Part shown: positions 20,313 to 29,284 of the stretch, piece after piece
Numbering within the stretch: position 1 is the first letter of the stretch
How the letters are laid out: every line of letters begins with the position of its first letter
DNA from: Candidatus Melainabacteria bacterium
GTDB lineage: Bacteria > Actinomycetota > Actinomycetes > Mycobacteriales > Pseudonocardiaceae
NCBI GenBank assembly: GCA_963702275.1
Contig: CAVPCF010000184.1
Coordinates: forward strand, 55,548 to 119,547
Length of the DNA: 64,000 bases
Direction: 5' to 3'
The notes under the pieces: model-generated
The model's database searches: none
Seen by the model: only the letters and a program-made list of their open reading frames with translations
What the model was told of the DNA's origin: nothing
Made by a program: the position numbers and the translations under genes

Positions 20313-20745
20313 CGCCTTTCTCGACGTGATCGACATCCTCCTCGTCGAGGACGACGAGGGCGACGTCCTGATGACGCGGGAAGCCTTCGAGTACCACAAG
20401 ATCCGCAACCGGCTGCACGTGGTGAGCGACGGTGAGAAGGCGTTGCAGTTCCTGCGCCGCCAGGGCCCGTACGGCGATGCTCCCCGGCCGGGCCTGATCC
20501 TGTTGGACCTCAACCTGCCCCGCAAGGACGGCACGGAGGTCCTCGCGGACCTGAAGGCGGACCCGGAACTGTGCGTGATCCCGGTCGTCGTGCTGACCAC
20601 GTCCGAGGCGGAGGAGGACATACTGCGCAGTTATTCGCTGCACGCCAACGCCTATGTCAGCAAACCGGTCGACTTCAGCAGGTTCGTCGAGGTGATCCGT
20701 CAGATCGACGAGTTCTTCGTCACGGTCGTGAAATTGCCGCAATAG
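20305..20745 (+). CDS. stand-alone response regulator (receiver domain only)
   Basis: 146 aa ([10 protein letters not shown]...[11 protein letters not shown]...YVSKP). 8-nt overlap with the kinase gene. Confidence 0.85.
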   Translation: MTDAFLDVIDILLVEDDEGDVLMTREAFEYHKIRNRLHVVSDGEKALQFLRRQGPYGDAPRPGLILLDLNLPRKDGTEVLADLKADPELCVIPVVVLTTSEAEEDILRSYSLHANAYVSKPVDFSRFVEVIRQIDEFFVTVVKLPQ

Positions 20746-20990
20746 AACGGACTCCGCCGGTGTGTCGGAGCAGGACAGGAGTGGCGGAGCCCGTCGGTGT
20801 CGTGGTACCCGCTTTGTGGCGCACCGAATCGGGACCGCCCCGGCCGCTCGAGGGGGAGTCGCGGCCGGGGCGGAGTGTGAGAGGTCGGTGTGGCGGTCGC
20901 CTCGCGGCGGTGTCCGAACGCGGCTCCAGCATTATCGGTATTCCGCGACGGCGCTGGTGGGTCCGGGGGACTCGAACCACACCGACCAAT

Positions 20991-21230
20991 CTAGTCAACG
21001 GGGAAACCCGGGAATTCGTTCCCCGGTGTCGTGTGGTGGCGGTCACCGCGCGTGGTGTCGGTCCCTGGCGTCTCGTCGGTCCCTGATGTTTCGTCGGTCC
21101 CCGGTGCCTCGTCGGTCGTCTCGTTGGGCCGGTTCACGTCGGGCAGGTCCGTCGGTGGGTACTGGGGGATCTCGTCCGGCGGCAGTGCGGCTTCGGCCAG
21201 GTTGCGCGGATCGTGCTCGGGTCTGGTCAT
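20991..21230 (-). CDS. small acidic Thr/Pro/Asp/Glu-rich repeat protein (79 aa, hypothetical)
   Basis: GGAGG RBS 5 nt upstream of ATG 21230. Contains three 18-bp tandem units encoding TDE[TA][PS]G-like hexapeptides. Confidence 0.45.
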   Translation of the reverse strand: MTRPEHDPRNLAEAALPPDEIPQYPPTDLPDVNRPNETTDEAPGTDETSGTDETPGTDTTRGDRHHTTPGNEFPGFPVD

Positions 21231-21454
21231 GGTCGCCTCCCGTTCGGGGTGTACCCAGCCGCGCCGAGCCTCGAACCTGACTGCCGCGCACGCCAGACCG
21301 CCCTAGTTTGCGCGACGAGCCGGACGAGGACCGCCCACCAGACAGCACTTCCAGCAAGTGACCCCTCCTCTGGCGGCCCCACGCCCGTGGAGATCGAACG
21401 GATGAGCCGTTCACGTTTAGCTACGGTCCGTGCTGTCTACTCCTGAGTCACCCG

Positions 21455-21546
21455 TTGGTTGAACCGCACGTGATGGAGCTTGGGCCGATGCCGAACCTGC
21501 TGGACGCGACCATGATCGACACCCCCGACGAGTACGCGTTCATCAG
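21455..21546 (+). pseudogene. 5' fragment of a small gene interrupted by the IS element
   Basis: Reading frame ...MELGPMPNLLDATMIDTPDEYAFI(R) runs directly into the IS left end at 21547. Possible starts at TTG 21455 or ATG 21473. Confidence 0.6.
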
Positions 21547-23263
21547 ACCCGATTCCGCGAGTAGCGGGATGATTGGATCTTCAACCATTTTGTTGATCTT
21601 CGATGGGTGGTTGTCAGGGCAGGGCGCATGCCACCAGCCCGGGTGTCGCGCCGGGCTCGCGGGTTCCGAGGTCGCTGGGTTGGGGCCGACAGGCCGGACA
21701 GTCACTGCACTGTGGGTAGCGCGCGCAGCCGGGCGAGGATCTCGGCGAGTAGATCCTGGCCGGGTGGCAGCCGCAGGATCGCCTGACCGGCATGGGAAAC
21801 CAGCCGTGCGGGAACCCGAATCAGCCGGTGCCGCAAGGTTTCGATCATGGCCTTGCCCGCACGAACTCCCCAGCCCGACAGTCGGCCGTGCGGGCCTTCG
21901 GTCGCGGTGAGTTGGTGTAACCAGCCGGCCATGGTCGCGGCGAGCAACGCGCCCCACATCCACGCCGTGTTGACTTCGACATATCCGCTGGGCAGGTGCC
22001 GCAGCGCTGCGCCGTGTTTGCTGTCGCGGAAGATGTTCTCGATGCTGGTGCGGTGCCGGTACCAGTGCTCCACCACAGCCGCCTTGCCCGGTGTGGACAC
22101 GTCAAGGTTGGTCAGGATAAACGAATAGGCGTAGATCGCGTCGGCGTTGGCCAGTTCGGCGATCGGCAGGGCACGCTGGTCGGGGCGCAGGGTGCGGCGG
22201 CGCCGGGACCGGGGATCGGCCGAGACCTGGGTGATGTCCAGCCGGACCCGCCGAATCAGCAGGAATGTCTTGGCGGGCCACCAGTCTGGCCGATAGTCGG
22301 CCACCGCGACTTGCGCGCCGGTCATACCGATCGCCTCGGCCCAGCCCTGCTCGCTGATACCGGCCAGCAGCCGCCACAGTGGGGCGATCCGCTTGGCGCC
22401 GATCGCGAACTGGACACCGGCGAAGAACGCGACGCGGGCCAGTTCCCCGGCGAAGTAGCCCGCGTCGGCCCGTAGCCGCACCCGGCCGGTTCTGGCCTGG
22501 CGGGGCAGCGCGGCCAACGCTCGCCGCAACAACACCGCCGCACCCGCCCGCGGATCGTCGTTACCCGACACCAACTCCGCCGCCAGCACGGTCTCGGTCT
22601 CGGCCCACGTCGCGACATGCGGACGCCCGACCCGCTGGCCCTGGTGGTTGTAGGCGACACCACGCTTGCGCCGCCCGTACACCTCGACGTCGGTAGCGTC
22701 CAGATCGATCGTCACCGTGGCGCACAGCCGCGCCCGCCGCGCGACGGGCACCCGCGCCACCATCCGCTCGGTAACTCGCGCTACCCCGGTCTCCACCGCC
22801 GTCCACTGTGGACCTGTGATCCGCCGCGCCAGCCCCGCAGCGGTCGTCGAGCACAAGCCGGGCACAGGCGCGATCACCTGCCCTGCCACATCCGCGCGCT
22901 GCCGGTCCAGCCCGACCAGGAAGTCCTCCCCCGCCCACTGCGCCGCCGCCAAGCCGACCAGCAGTTCACCGGCGCCACACCCGCGATCACGCTGCTTGAT
23001 CGGCCCCACCGCCGCGTCCAGCGCCTCGATCACACCCAACCGATCACACAACTCGCTGACCGCGGCCATCCCCGACACCGCCGTCAGGCTCGGGTCCGGC
23101 GCGCCGATGCGCACCTTCGGTCGCCCACCACGTACGCTACCCACCAGATAGGTGTCCTCACCATGAGATCGATATGGTCTTCGCAACCCACATCATCCCA
23201 GGCCAGAGCGGCACCTATCGCTATCTCCAGGCACGTGTCACCGCACTACTCACGGAAACGGGT
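21547..23263 (-). mobile_element. IS1380-family insertion sequence (~1.72 kb)
   Basis: Single DDE transposase ORF. Imperfect terminal inverted repeats: ACCCGATTCCGCGAGTAGCGGG (21547-21568) against the reverse complement of 23241-23263, ACCCGTTTCCGTGAGTAGTGCGG. CAG is present on both flanks. Confidence 0.8.
21702..23186 (-). CDS. IS1380 family transposase (DDE)
   Basis: 494-aa ORF with an N-terminal pattern (APDPSLTAVSGMAAVSELCDRLGVIEALDAAVGPIKQRDRG) typical of IS1380-family transposases as I recall them. The TTG start at 23186 is uncertain. Confidence 0.8.
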   Translation of the reverse strand: MRRPYRSHGEDTYLVGSVRGGRPKVRIGAPDPSLTAVSGMAAVSELCDRLGVIEALDAAVGPIKQRDRGCGAGELLVGLAAAQWAGEDFLVGLDRQRADVAGQVIAPVPGLCSTTAAGLARRITGPQWTAVETGVARVTERMVARVPVARRARLCATVTIDLDATDVEVYGRRKRGVAYNHQGQRVGRPHVATWAETETVLAAELVSGNDDPRAGAAVLLRRALAALPRQARTGRVRLRADAGYFAGELARVAFFAGVQFAIGAKRIAPLWRLLAGISEQGWAEAIGMTGAQVAVADYRPDWWPAKTFLLIRRVRLDITQVSADPRSRRRRTLRPDQRALPIAELANADAIYAYSFILTNLDVSTPGKAAVVEHWYRHRTSIENIFRDSKHGAALRHLPSGYVEVNTAWMWGALLAATMAGWLHQLTATEGPHGRLSGWGVRAGKAMIETLRHRLIRVPARLVSHAGQAILRLPPGQDLLAEILARLRALPTVQ

Positions 23264-23651
23264 CAGAGGTCTGCGCGGCTATTTGGCCGCGGTGGCAACC
23301 GGTCTCGGCGTCGGGTTGGAGTCCTGCGCGATCGACTCGCTGTCGCCCGCGGCCGCCTATGTCGCACTAGAGGGGCGGGCGCTGCGCTTCCCCGAACGTG
23401 ACCTGGCGCTACTGTGGGAGGAGCGTTTCGGCTGGTCGGCGGCCGTGGAGGTGCCCTCAGGTGGCGACCTGATCGTGTTGACCTACCACGGCGGCGACCT
23501 GGTGCCCCCACCATCGGAGGTAGACGCCTTCGTAGCAGCCGTCCGCCGCGGCTCCCACCCGGTCGGGCAACCGACCCCGCCAACCCCCACCGCCCCCGTC
23601 CCACGACACGAACTAACCGTGCGGCTGCGAATCTACGAACCACACCAGTAG
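23264..23651 (+). pseudogene. 3' fragment of the IS-interrupted gene (DUF6292-like by recollection)
   Basis: Frame (R)GLRGYLAAVATGLGVGLESCAIDSLSPAAAYVALEGRALRFPERDLALLWEERFGWSAAVE...IYEPHQ* begins exactly at the IS right end. Confidence 0.6.
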
Positions 23652-23816
23652 GTTGAAATGCTCTCAGGACGGTTTTGTCCTATTTAGAAGATTTGTCTTG
23701 TTGAGGCTGGGTACCCGTTCACCATGAGTCATCCGACCAGCGCCAACCCAATCCACGCCGCCGACCCCATGCAGACCAGCACGGACACCATCCGGGCGAC
23801 CACGGCCTCCATGCAC

Positions 23817-24148
23817 GCCAGCGCAGACCCCACAGGCCCCACCACCGATCCCACGCGCGCCAGCGCAGATCCCACAGGGCTGACCACGGATTCCCTGCGC
23901 GCCAGCGCAGATCCCACGGGGCCGGCCACCGATCCCACGCGCGCCAGCGCAGACCGCACGGGCCCGACCACGGATTCCGTGCGCGCCAGCACAGGCCGCA
24001 CAGGCCGGACGATCCCAGGCGCCAAGAGGCCAGGGGCCGGCCACCGATCCCACGCGCGCCAACGCAGGCCGCACCGGGCCGGCCACCGGCACAGGCCCCA
24101 CGGGCCTGACCACCGATCCCGCGTCGGCCTCCGATCCCGCGCCGGTCA
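23817..24148 (+). repeat. 42-bp tandem repeat array (4 regular units plus degenerate units)
   Basis: Units gccagcgcagaccccacaggccccaccaccgatcccacgcgc start at 23817, 23859, 23901 and 23943. Later units are degenerate, with lengths of about 38 and 35 nt. Confidence 0.9.
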
Positions 24149-24672
24149 GCGCGGACGTCGCGCGAGCCGAAGGTCCGAGCGTGGTCCGGAAGGGTCCGCG
24201 CGGGGCCGTCGCCGTCGTGGTGCTCGATCCCGCGGGCCACGCCAAGCACGGCGAACTGCCGGCGACCTGGCGGCCGCTGACCGAGGACGTCGAGGTGGTC
24301 TGGTGCCGGCTGCCGGCCGCGCCGCGCACCGGCCTGGACCCCCACCAACTGCTCCGCGAGCTCGCCGCGGACGGACGCCGACTGGTGTTGGTGTCGTACG
24401 GCGCCGCGGCGTTGTTGACGCTGTCGCTCGCGGTGTCGGAGCCCGATCACGTGCGCGGGGCCGTGCTGGTGAATCCGCCGTGGCCGGCCGGGGACCTGCC
24501 GGCGCTGCGGCTCGTGGTGAACCATCCGGACCTGATCCTTGGCCAGGTCGACGCGGAGTCGGCGACCTGGGCCGGGCCGGATCCGCTGCCGATCGGCCAT
24601 CCCGAGGTGGTGGGTGCGGTGGTGCGGATGCTGCTGACCATCGGTGTCGGCCTCGACGAGCCACCGCCTGCG

Positions 24673-24744
24673 CTGCCTGGTGCCGGCTCGCTGCCTGGTG
24701 CCGGCTCGCTGCCTGGTGCCGGCTCGTTGCCTGGTGCCGGCTCG
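24673..24744 (+). repeat. 18-bp tandem repeat x4 encoding (LPGAGS)4
   Basis: ctgcctggtgccggctcg repeated at 24673, 24691, 24709 and 24727. The fourth unit begins ttg. Confidence 0.9.
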
Positions 24745-25354
24745 CTGGCGCAGCATGCTTGGGATGCGGTGCGGGCGCGGCTGGTCGGGTTGCTGGAAAC
24801 GCTGAGTGGTGGTCGGGACGGCTGAGTGGAGTGGTGGTCGGGGAGGGCTGAGTGGTCGTCGGGAGGGGTTGCGTGGCGGTTGGGTGAGGTGCTGCGTGGC
24901 GGTGCGGAGAGCTGTGGTCGCAAGGGCATGGTGGCGGTCGCGAGCGGGGGGCTGTTTTGTTTTTTTCGCTCAACGAACGGGACCGGGTGGTTTGATCCCG
25001 GGTTCGGGGATGATCACCCGGTCGAGTGATCATTGGGTGGTCGTGCCGGGGACCGGGCGGTCCGACGGTACGGGTTGATCATATGCCGGCGCCGGCGAGT
25101 TGGCATGTCCTGCAACGGTTTGCTCGCTACGAGCGCGCTGGTGGGTGCGATGCTGATTGTCGTCGCGATCCGGGTCGGGCTGGTCGCGTTGGCTGCGGCG
25201 ATCGTGATCGGGTTCGCTGTTCGTGTTGTCCGGCCTGCTGAATCTGATCGTGCAACGCACGGGACGATCGACTACCTGGCCTTCGCGATCCGGACGTCAT
25301 CTGAGCCTGGTGGTTGGGATCGCCTTGCTGTTCATCGGATTCTACGGGTGCCGG

Positions 25355-26605
25355 TCAGACTGGGGTGGGCTGGGATGGCGCCGGTTCGGCGTAGGCCTTG
25401 GCCACGGTCGCGCGGTCGAATACGCGCCATGTTGTTGCTGTCACGATGATCGCGACCACGAAACCGACCCAGTAGGGCGCGGTCAGGCCGAAGCGGGCGG
25501 CCAGCGCGCCACCGAGTAACGCGCCGACGCAGTTGCCGCTGGCCGCGACGAACAGGATGCTGCTGCCGATCCGGCCCAGCATCTCCGGCGGCGCAAGGCG
25601 CTGGCGCAGCGAACTGCCGACCATGCCCCACAACGCGCCGTGTACGCCGAAGGCGAACAACGCGAACCCGATCAGGTACGGGCTGCGCGAGGCCGCCAGG
25701 GCCAGGTGCATGCCGGCCTCGATCAACAGGCCGACGCGGATTGTCCAGGTCGCGGTGAACCACCTGATCAGCCGGTCACCGATGACCGAGCCCAGGATGC
25801 CGCCGACCGCCATGCAGGTGAACAGCAGGCCGTAGCCGACCGAGTTCAGGCCGAGTCGCTGCTTCGCGAGCAGCACGAGTACCGACGTTGCCGCGATGAG
25901 CGTCACGTTCAACAGTCCGATGAGGACTGCCATGGTGCGCAACAGCCGTTGGTGCGCAAGCCAACGGAGCCCGTCGACCACCTCCTTGCGCACCGATCTC
26001 CGCGGGCCCTGCATGCTGGTCGCCTTGTAGGCGCCCGCGACAACGCCCAGCAGCACCGCGCTGGCCGCGTAGGTGCCCGCGTTGGCGAAGAACGGGATGC
26101 ACGCCGCGACGACGAACAGGAAGCCGCCCAACGGTCCGGCGATCATGCCCTGCATCAGGGTGGCGCCGCCGGCCAGCCAGCCGTTGGCCCGCTCCAACTG
26201 GTCCCGCGCCACGACCGACGGAATCATCGCCTGGCTCGCACTGCGGAAGACGACCTCGCCGGTGTTGACGAGGAACAGCACCACGTACAACAACGCGATA
26301 TCGGCCCGGTCGGCAAGGATCGCGACGGCCAGCACGCCGACCGCACCGACCCGAACACAGTCGATGACGATCATCAGTCGGCGCCGGTCCACCCGATCGA
26401 CCAGCACGCCGCCCGGCAGCGAGAACAACAGCCACGGCAGCCACGACACCGCGAACGACGCCGACACGACCAGCGGATTGGTGGTGCGCGCGGCGACGAA
26501 CAGCGGCGCCGCGATCGTGGCCAGTCCACTGCCCAACGCCGATGTCGTGCTTGCCGCCCACAGCTTGGCGTACCGCCCGCCCAGCCGCCCCTCGTCCCCC
26601 GCCAT
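25355..26605 (-). CDS. MFS transporter (EntS/MFS_3-like)
   Basis: 416 aa and about 12 TM segments. N-terminal pattern YAKLWAASTTSALGSGLATIAAPLFV...LPGGVLVDRVDRRR. Confidence 0.85.
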   Translation of the reverse strand: MAGDEGRLGGRYAKLWAASTTSALGSGLATIAAPLFVAARTTNPLVVSASFAVSWLPWLLFSLPGGVLVDRVDRRRLMIVIDCVRVGAVGVLAVAILADRADIALLYVVLFLVNTGEVVFRSASQAMIPSVVARDQLERANGWLAGGATLMQGMIAGPLGGFLFVVAACIPFFANAGTYAASAVLLGVVAGAYKATSMQGPRRSVRKEVVDGLRWLAHQRLLRTMAVLIGLLNVTLIAATSVLVLLAKQRLGLNSVGYGLLFTCMAVGGILGSVIGDRLIRWFTATWTIRVGLLIEAGMHLALAASRSPYLIGFALFAFGVHGALWGMVGSSLRQRLAPPEMLGRIGSSILFVAASGNCVGALLGGALAARFGLTAPYWVGFVVAIIVTATTWRVFDRATVAKAYAEPAPSQPTPV

Positions 26606-26664
26606 TCGCTCGACGCTACCAGGGCGGCAATCGCCTGACCGGCTGCTTCTCTTTCGGCGAACGG

Positions 26665-27081
26665 TCAGCGAACCGGCATCCAGATTTCGATCTCGTCATG
26701 GCGACGGTAGAACTCGACGTCGTGGCGCGTGTCGTCCGCGGTGGCCAACGTGTGCAGGTGGCGCACGGTCGGTCCGATGTGCTCGTAGATCGCCGGCGGT
26801 TCGCCCTGTAACAGGGCCCGCAGATACGTGCCGCCGGCCAACTCCCCGGTTTCCAGGCCGAAGTGGTCGGACGGGTCGTCGGACCGGACGGCGGTGCACA
26901 GGTGGTACTCGCCCGCCTTGTCGTCGACAACGCCGTAGAACTTCCGGCCACGCAGGCCGACCAGGTTCTCGAAGTGGTCCCAGCCGCGCTGGATCGCTGG
27001 CAACTCGTCAGCCACCCGCATCAGCATGATCGGGCTCGGCTCGCGCGTGAAACGTTTGACCTCGAACATGTGTTCGATCAT
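26665..27081 (-). CDS. GyrI-like small-molecule-binding domain protein
   Basis: 138 aa. The pattern (GLRGRKFYGVVDDKAGEYHLCTAV...ETGELAGGTYLRALLQGEP) fits the GyrI-like/effector-binding fold. Recognition is moderate. Confidence 0.6.
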   Translation of the reverse strand: MIEHMFEVKRFTREPSPIMLMRVADELPAIQRGWDHFENLVGLRGRKFYGVVDDKAGEYHLCTAVRSDDPSDHFGLETGELAGGTYLRALLQGEPPAIYEHIGPTVRHLHTLATADDTRHDVEFYRRHDEIEIWMPVR

Positions 27082-27144
27082 AGCGATACGACGGGCAGTG
27101 GTCGAGGCGGGATGAGACCCGCGTGCTCTTGCGGCAACGGGCCG

Positions 27145-27585
27145 TCAGCCGAGCTGCTCGGCGAGTCCGACGACGATGCCCTCGGGACCGCGGACGTAGC
27201 AGAGCCGATAGATGTTCTCGTATCGCACCAGTTCGCCCACGAGTTCGGCGCCGTGGGTGCCCAGGCGGGCAATGACATCCTCGATGTCGTCGACCGCGAA
27301 CATGATGCGACGAATGCCCAGCGTGTTCGCCGGCGCTTCCTTCGGCTCGGGGGTGATGGCCTTCGGCCGGTGGAACTTCGCCAGCTCTATCCGTCCGTGG
27401 CCGTCCGGGATCCGCAGCATGGCGACGTCCTGCCGGACGTCCTCAAGCCCGATGACACGTTCCGCCCCGCGCCAGTCGAGTGGGCCCTTGCCCTCCAGTT
27501 CCATGCCCAGCTCGACGAAGAACGCGACAACAGCGTCAAGGTCGTCGACGACGATGAGGACGTTGTCCATCCGCTGGATCGCCAC
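27145..27585 (-). CDS. VOC family (glyoxalase/bleomycin-resistance fold) protein
   Basis: IQRMDNVLIVVDDLDAVVAFFVELGMELEG. AAGGAGG RBS 6 nt before GTG 27585. Confidence 0.85.
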   Translation of the reverse strand: MAIQRMDNVLIVVDDLDAVVAFFVELGMELEGKGPLDWRGAERVIGLEDVRQDVAMLRIPDGHGRIELAKFHRPKAITPEPKEAPANTLGIRRIMFAVDDIEDVIARLGTHGAELVGELVRYENIYRLCYVRGPEGIVVGLAEQLG

Positions 27586-27690
27586 GTTGGACCTCCTTCT
27601 TCGATGGCGCACGCGCAAGGTTCGGTGGCACAGCACAATAACGAACGCCCAGGCCGGTCAGTGACCGGCCTGGGCGCATCCGAAGTGGTG

Positions 27691-29154
27691 TCAGAACACA
27701 GGGGTGGGGAACGCGACCGGGCTGTGCTTGCCGGCCGTGTTCACCGCGCGGACGCCGAGGAACACGTTGTCCTTGGCCAGTGGCACGGTGAACGTGGTGA
27801 CGTTGCCGACCGGGACGGCGTGCGTCCAGTCGGGTTCGGTGCACGGCCGCCACACGATCTCGTATCCGGCGATGTCCGGATCCGTGTTGGCGTCCCAGCG
27901 CAACGTGCTGCTGTTGGTCAGCGTCGTGTCGTCGAGCACGGCGTTCTTCGGCGTGCCGGGGCCGTTGGCCAGCGACCACATGGCGGCCGCGTTGACCTTG
28001 GCGACCCGCTGGAGGAAGTCGAAGTCGCAGAAGTCGATCAGGTCGCCGAACTGGACGCCGTTCACGAGCCTGGTGTCCTGGTGCTGGTGCGCGAAGTTCT
28101 CGTGCGGCTCGGTGAACCTTGCTGCCGGGTAACCATGCTGCAGGAACGGGATGTGGTCGCCGCCGCGCAGGTAGCGGTCCCGCCGGTAGATGACGTGCAC
28201 GGACATGTCGGTGGCGTCGTTGTTGGCGACGCTGGTGACGAACCGCGCCAGTTGCCGGCTCGGCGAGTCGGCCTCGCTGCCCTCGGCCTGCCGGACCGCG
28301 GTCTGCTGCGGGGTTTCCGTTGTCGGCACGCCCTCGGAGAACAGGCGCAGCGCGTGCGGGTCACGGGTGCCGTCGTCGGCGACCGGGCTGCCGACGATGT
28401 CGTTGGTGAACATGCCCTGTACATCGGCGTTCGCGGCGCGGAACTGCGTCGCCATGAAGTTCGCGCCGAACAGGCCCTGTTCCTCGCCGGACACCGCGGT
28501 GAACACGATCGTGGACTTGGGGCTGCGGGTGGCCATCACCCGTGCCATCTCCATCACCGCGGCCACACCGGAGGCGTCGTCGTCGGCGCCGGGTGCGTCA
28601 CTGGTGAAGTTCATGATGTCGGTGACTCGGGAGTCGAGGTGCCCGGACACCACGTAGATCCGGTCCGGGGTCACCGAGCCGTGCAGGGTCGCGACCACGT
28701 TCGTGATCGTCGTGGGCGTCGGAATCCGGGATACGGGTGGTTGGACGTAGGACTGCAGTGCCACGGTCATCCGGCCGCCCGACGGCGCGGCGATGGCCTG
28801 CATCTGCGCGAAGACCCAGTCCCGGGCGGCCCCGATGCCGCGGACGGGGTCGGTCTGGCTGGACAGCGTGTGCCGGGTGCCGAACGTGGTCAGCTTCGCC
28901 ACGGTGGCACGCATCCGGTCGCGGTCCAGGGATCGCAGGATCTCCATGAGCTCACGGTCGGGCGCTTGTGGGCGGATCGGCTGGCCTGGCCCGGACGGCC
29001 AGCCCTTCGTGAAGTCCGCGGTATCCGCGAATGCGGTGCCGGGGGCGGCGATGCTCGCCGCCCCGGCTGCCGCCGCGACCGCGGAAGCGGCGAGAAAACC
29101 TCGCCGATTCGGCCGTAACGGTGAGGATTCGTGTCCTGGTCTGTTGGTGGACAT
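27691..29154 (-). CDS. secreted M28 family metallopeptidase with a Tat signal and a C-terminal FN3-like domain
   Basis: Twin-arginine motif NRRGFLAASAVAAAAGA. M28 motifs HLDS and GADDDASGVAAVMEMARV, followed by SGEEQGLFG. Confidence 0.85.
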   Translation of the reverse strand: MSTNRPGHESSPLRPNRRGFLAASAVAAAAGAASIAAPGTAFADTADFTKGWPSGPGQPIRPQAPDRELMEILRSLDRDRMRATVAKLTTFGTRHTLSSQTDPVRGIGAARDWVFAQMQAIAAPSGGRMTVALQSYVQPPVSRIPTPTTITNVVATLHGSVTPDRIYVVSGHLDSRVTDIMNFTSDAPGADDDASGVAAVMEMARVMATRSPKSTIVFTAVSGEEQGLFGANFMATQFRAANADVQGMFTNDIVGSPVADDGTRDPHALRLFSEGVPTTETPQQTAVRQAEGSEADSPSRQLARFVTSVANNDATDMSVHVIYRRDRYLRGGDHIPFLQHGYPAARFTEPHENFAHQHQDTRLVNGVQFGDLIDFCDFDFLQRVAKVNAAAMWSLANGPGTPKNAVLDDTTLTNSSTLRWDANTDPDIAGYEIVWRPCTEPDWTHAVPVGNVTTFTVPLAKDNVFLGVRAVNTAGKHSPVAFPTPVF

Positions 29155-29284
29155 GAGGTCGGGTCTACGCCGCGCCCGATGCGCTGTCCATCCTCCCTAA
29201 GTACGAACTATTTGCCACGTCATCCCAGGTCCGTTGCCATTCGCCCAAACCCACCCACGATGGGGGGTCCGGCAGGACGCCGGC

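Larger units (their letters stand above)
23724..24825 (+). pseudogene. repeat-containing gene with a frame discontinuity: N-terminal 14-aa tandem repeats joined to a C-terminal alpha/beta-hydrolase-like region ending in (LPGAGS)4
   Basis: The repeat motif RASADPTGPTTDPT is read in the frame of ORF 23724 up to ~23985. The same motif (GPATDPTRA...PTGLTTDP) then continues in the frame of ORF 24181..24825, which is protein-like to its stop. Alternatively, only 24181..24825 is the gene. Confidence 0.5.

Noticed and set aside
20953-21040. tRNA-like signal: GGTTCGAGTCC T-loop-like motif followed by ...GGACCCACCA on the minus strand, next to an IS-containing islet. This could be a tRNA gene or an att remnant.
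   Set aside because: I could not fold a cloverleaf. The T-stem would have only 3 of 5 pairs (TGTGG/CCCCC). No complementary 5' acceptor strand (TGGGTCC) exists upstream, and the 3' end is CAG rather than CCA. At most it is a decayed fragment.
25033-25449. 138-aa ORF (and the overlapping ORF 25223..25519) that looks like a small membrane protein.
   Set aside because: Third-position GC drops after about 25215. The hydrophobic segments are split between two frames. The 3' part overlaps the convergent MFS gene by about 95 nt. It may be a frameshifted remnant, but I cannot support a feature.
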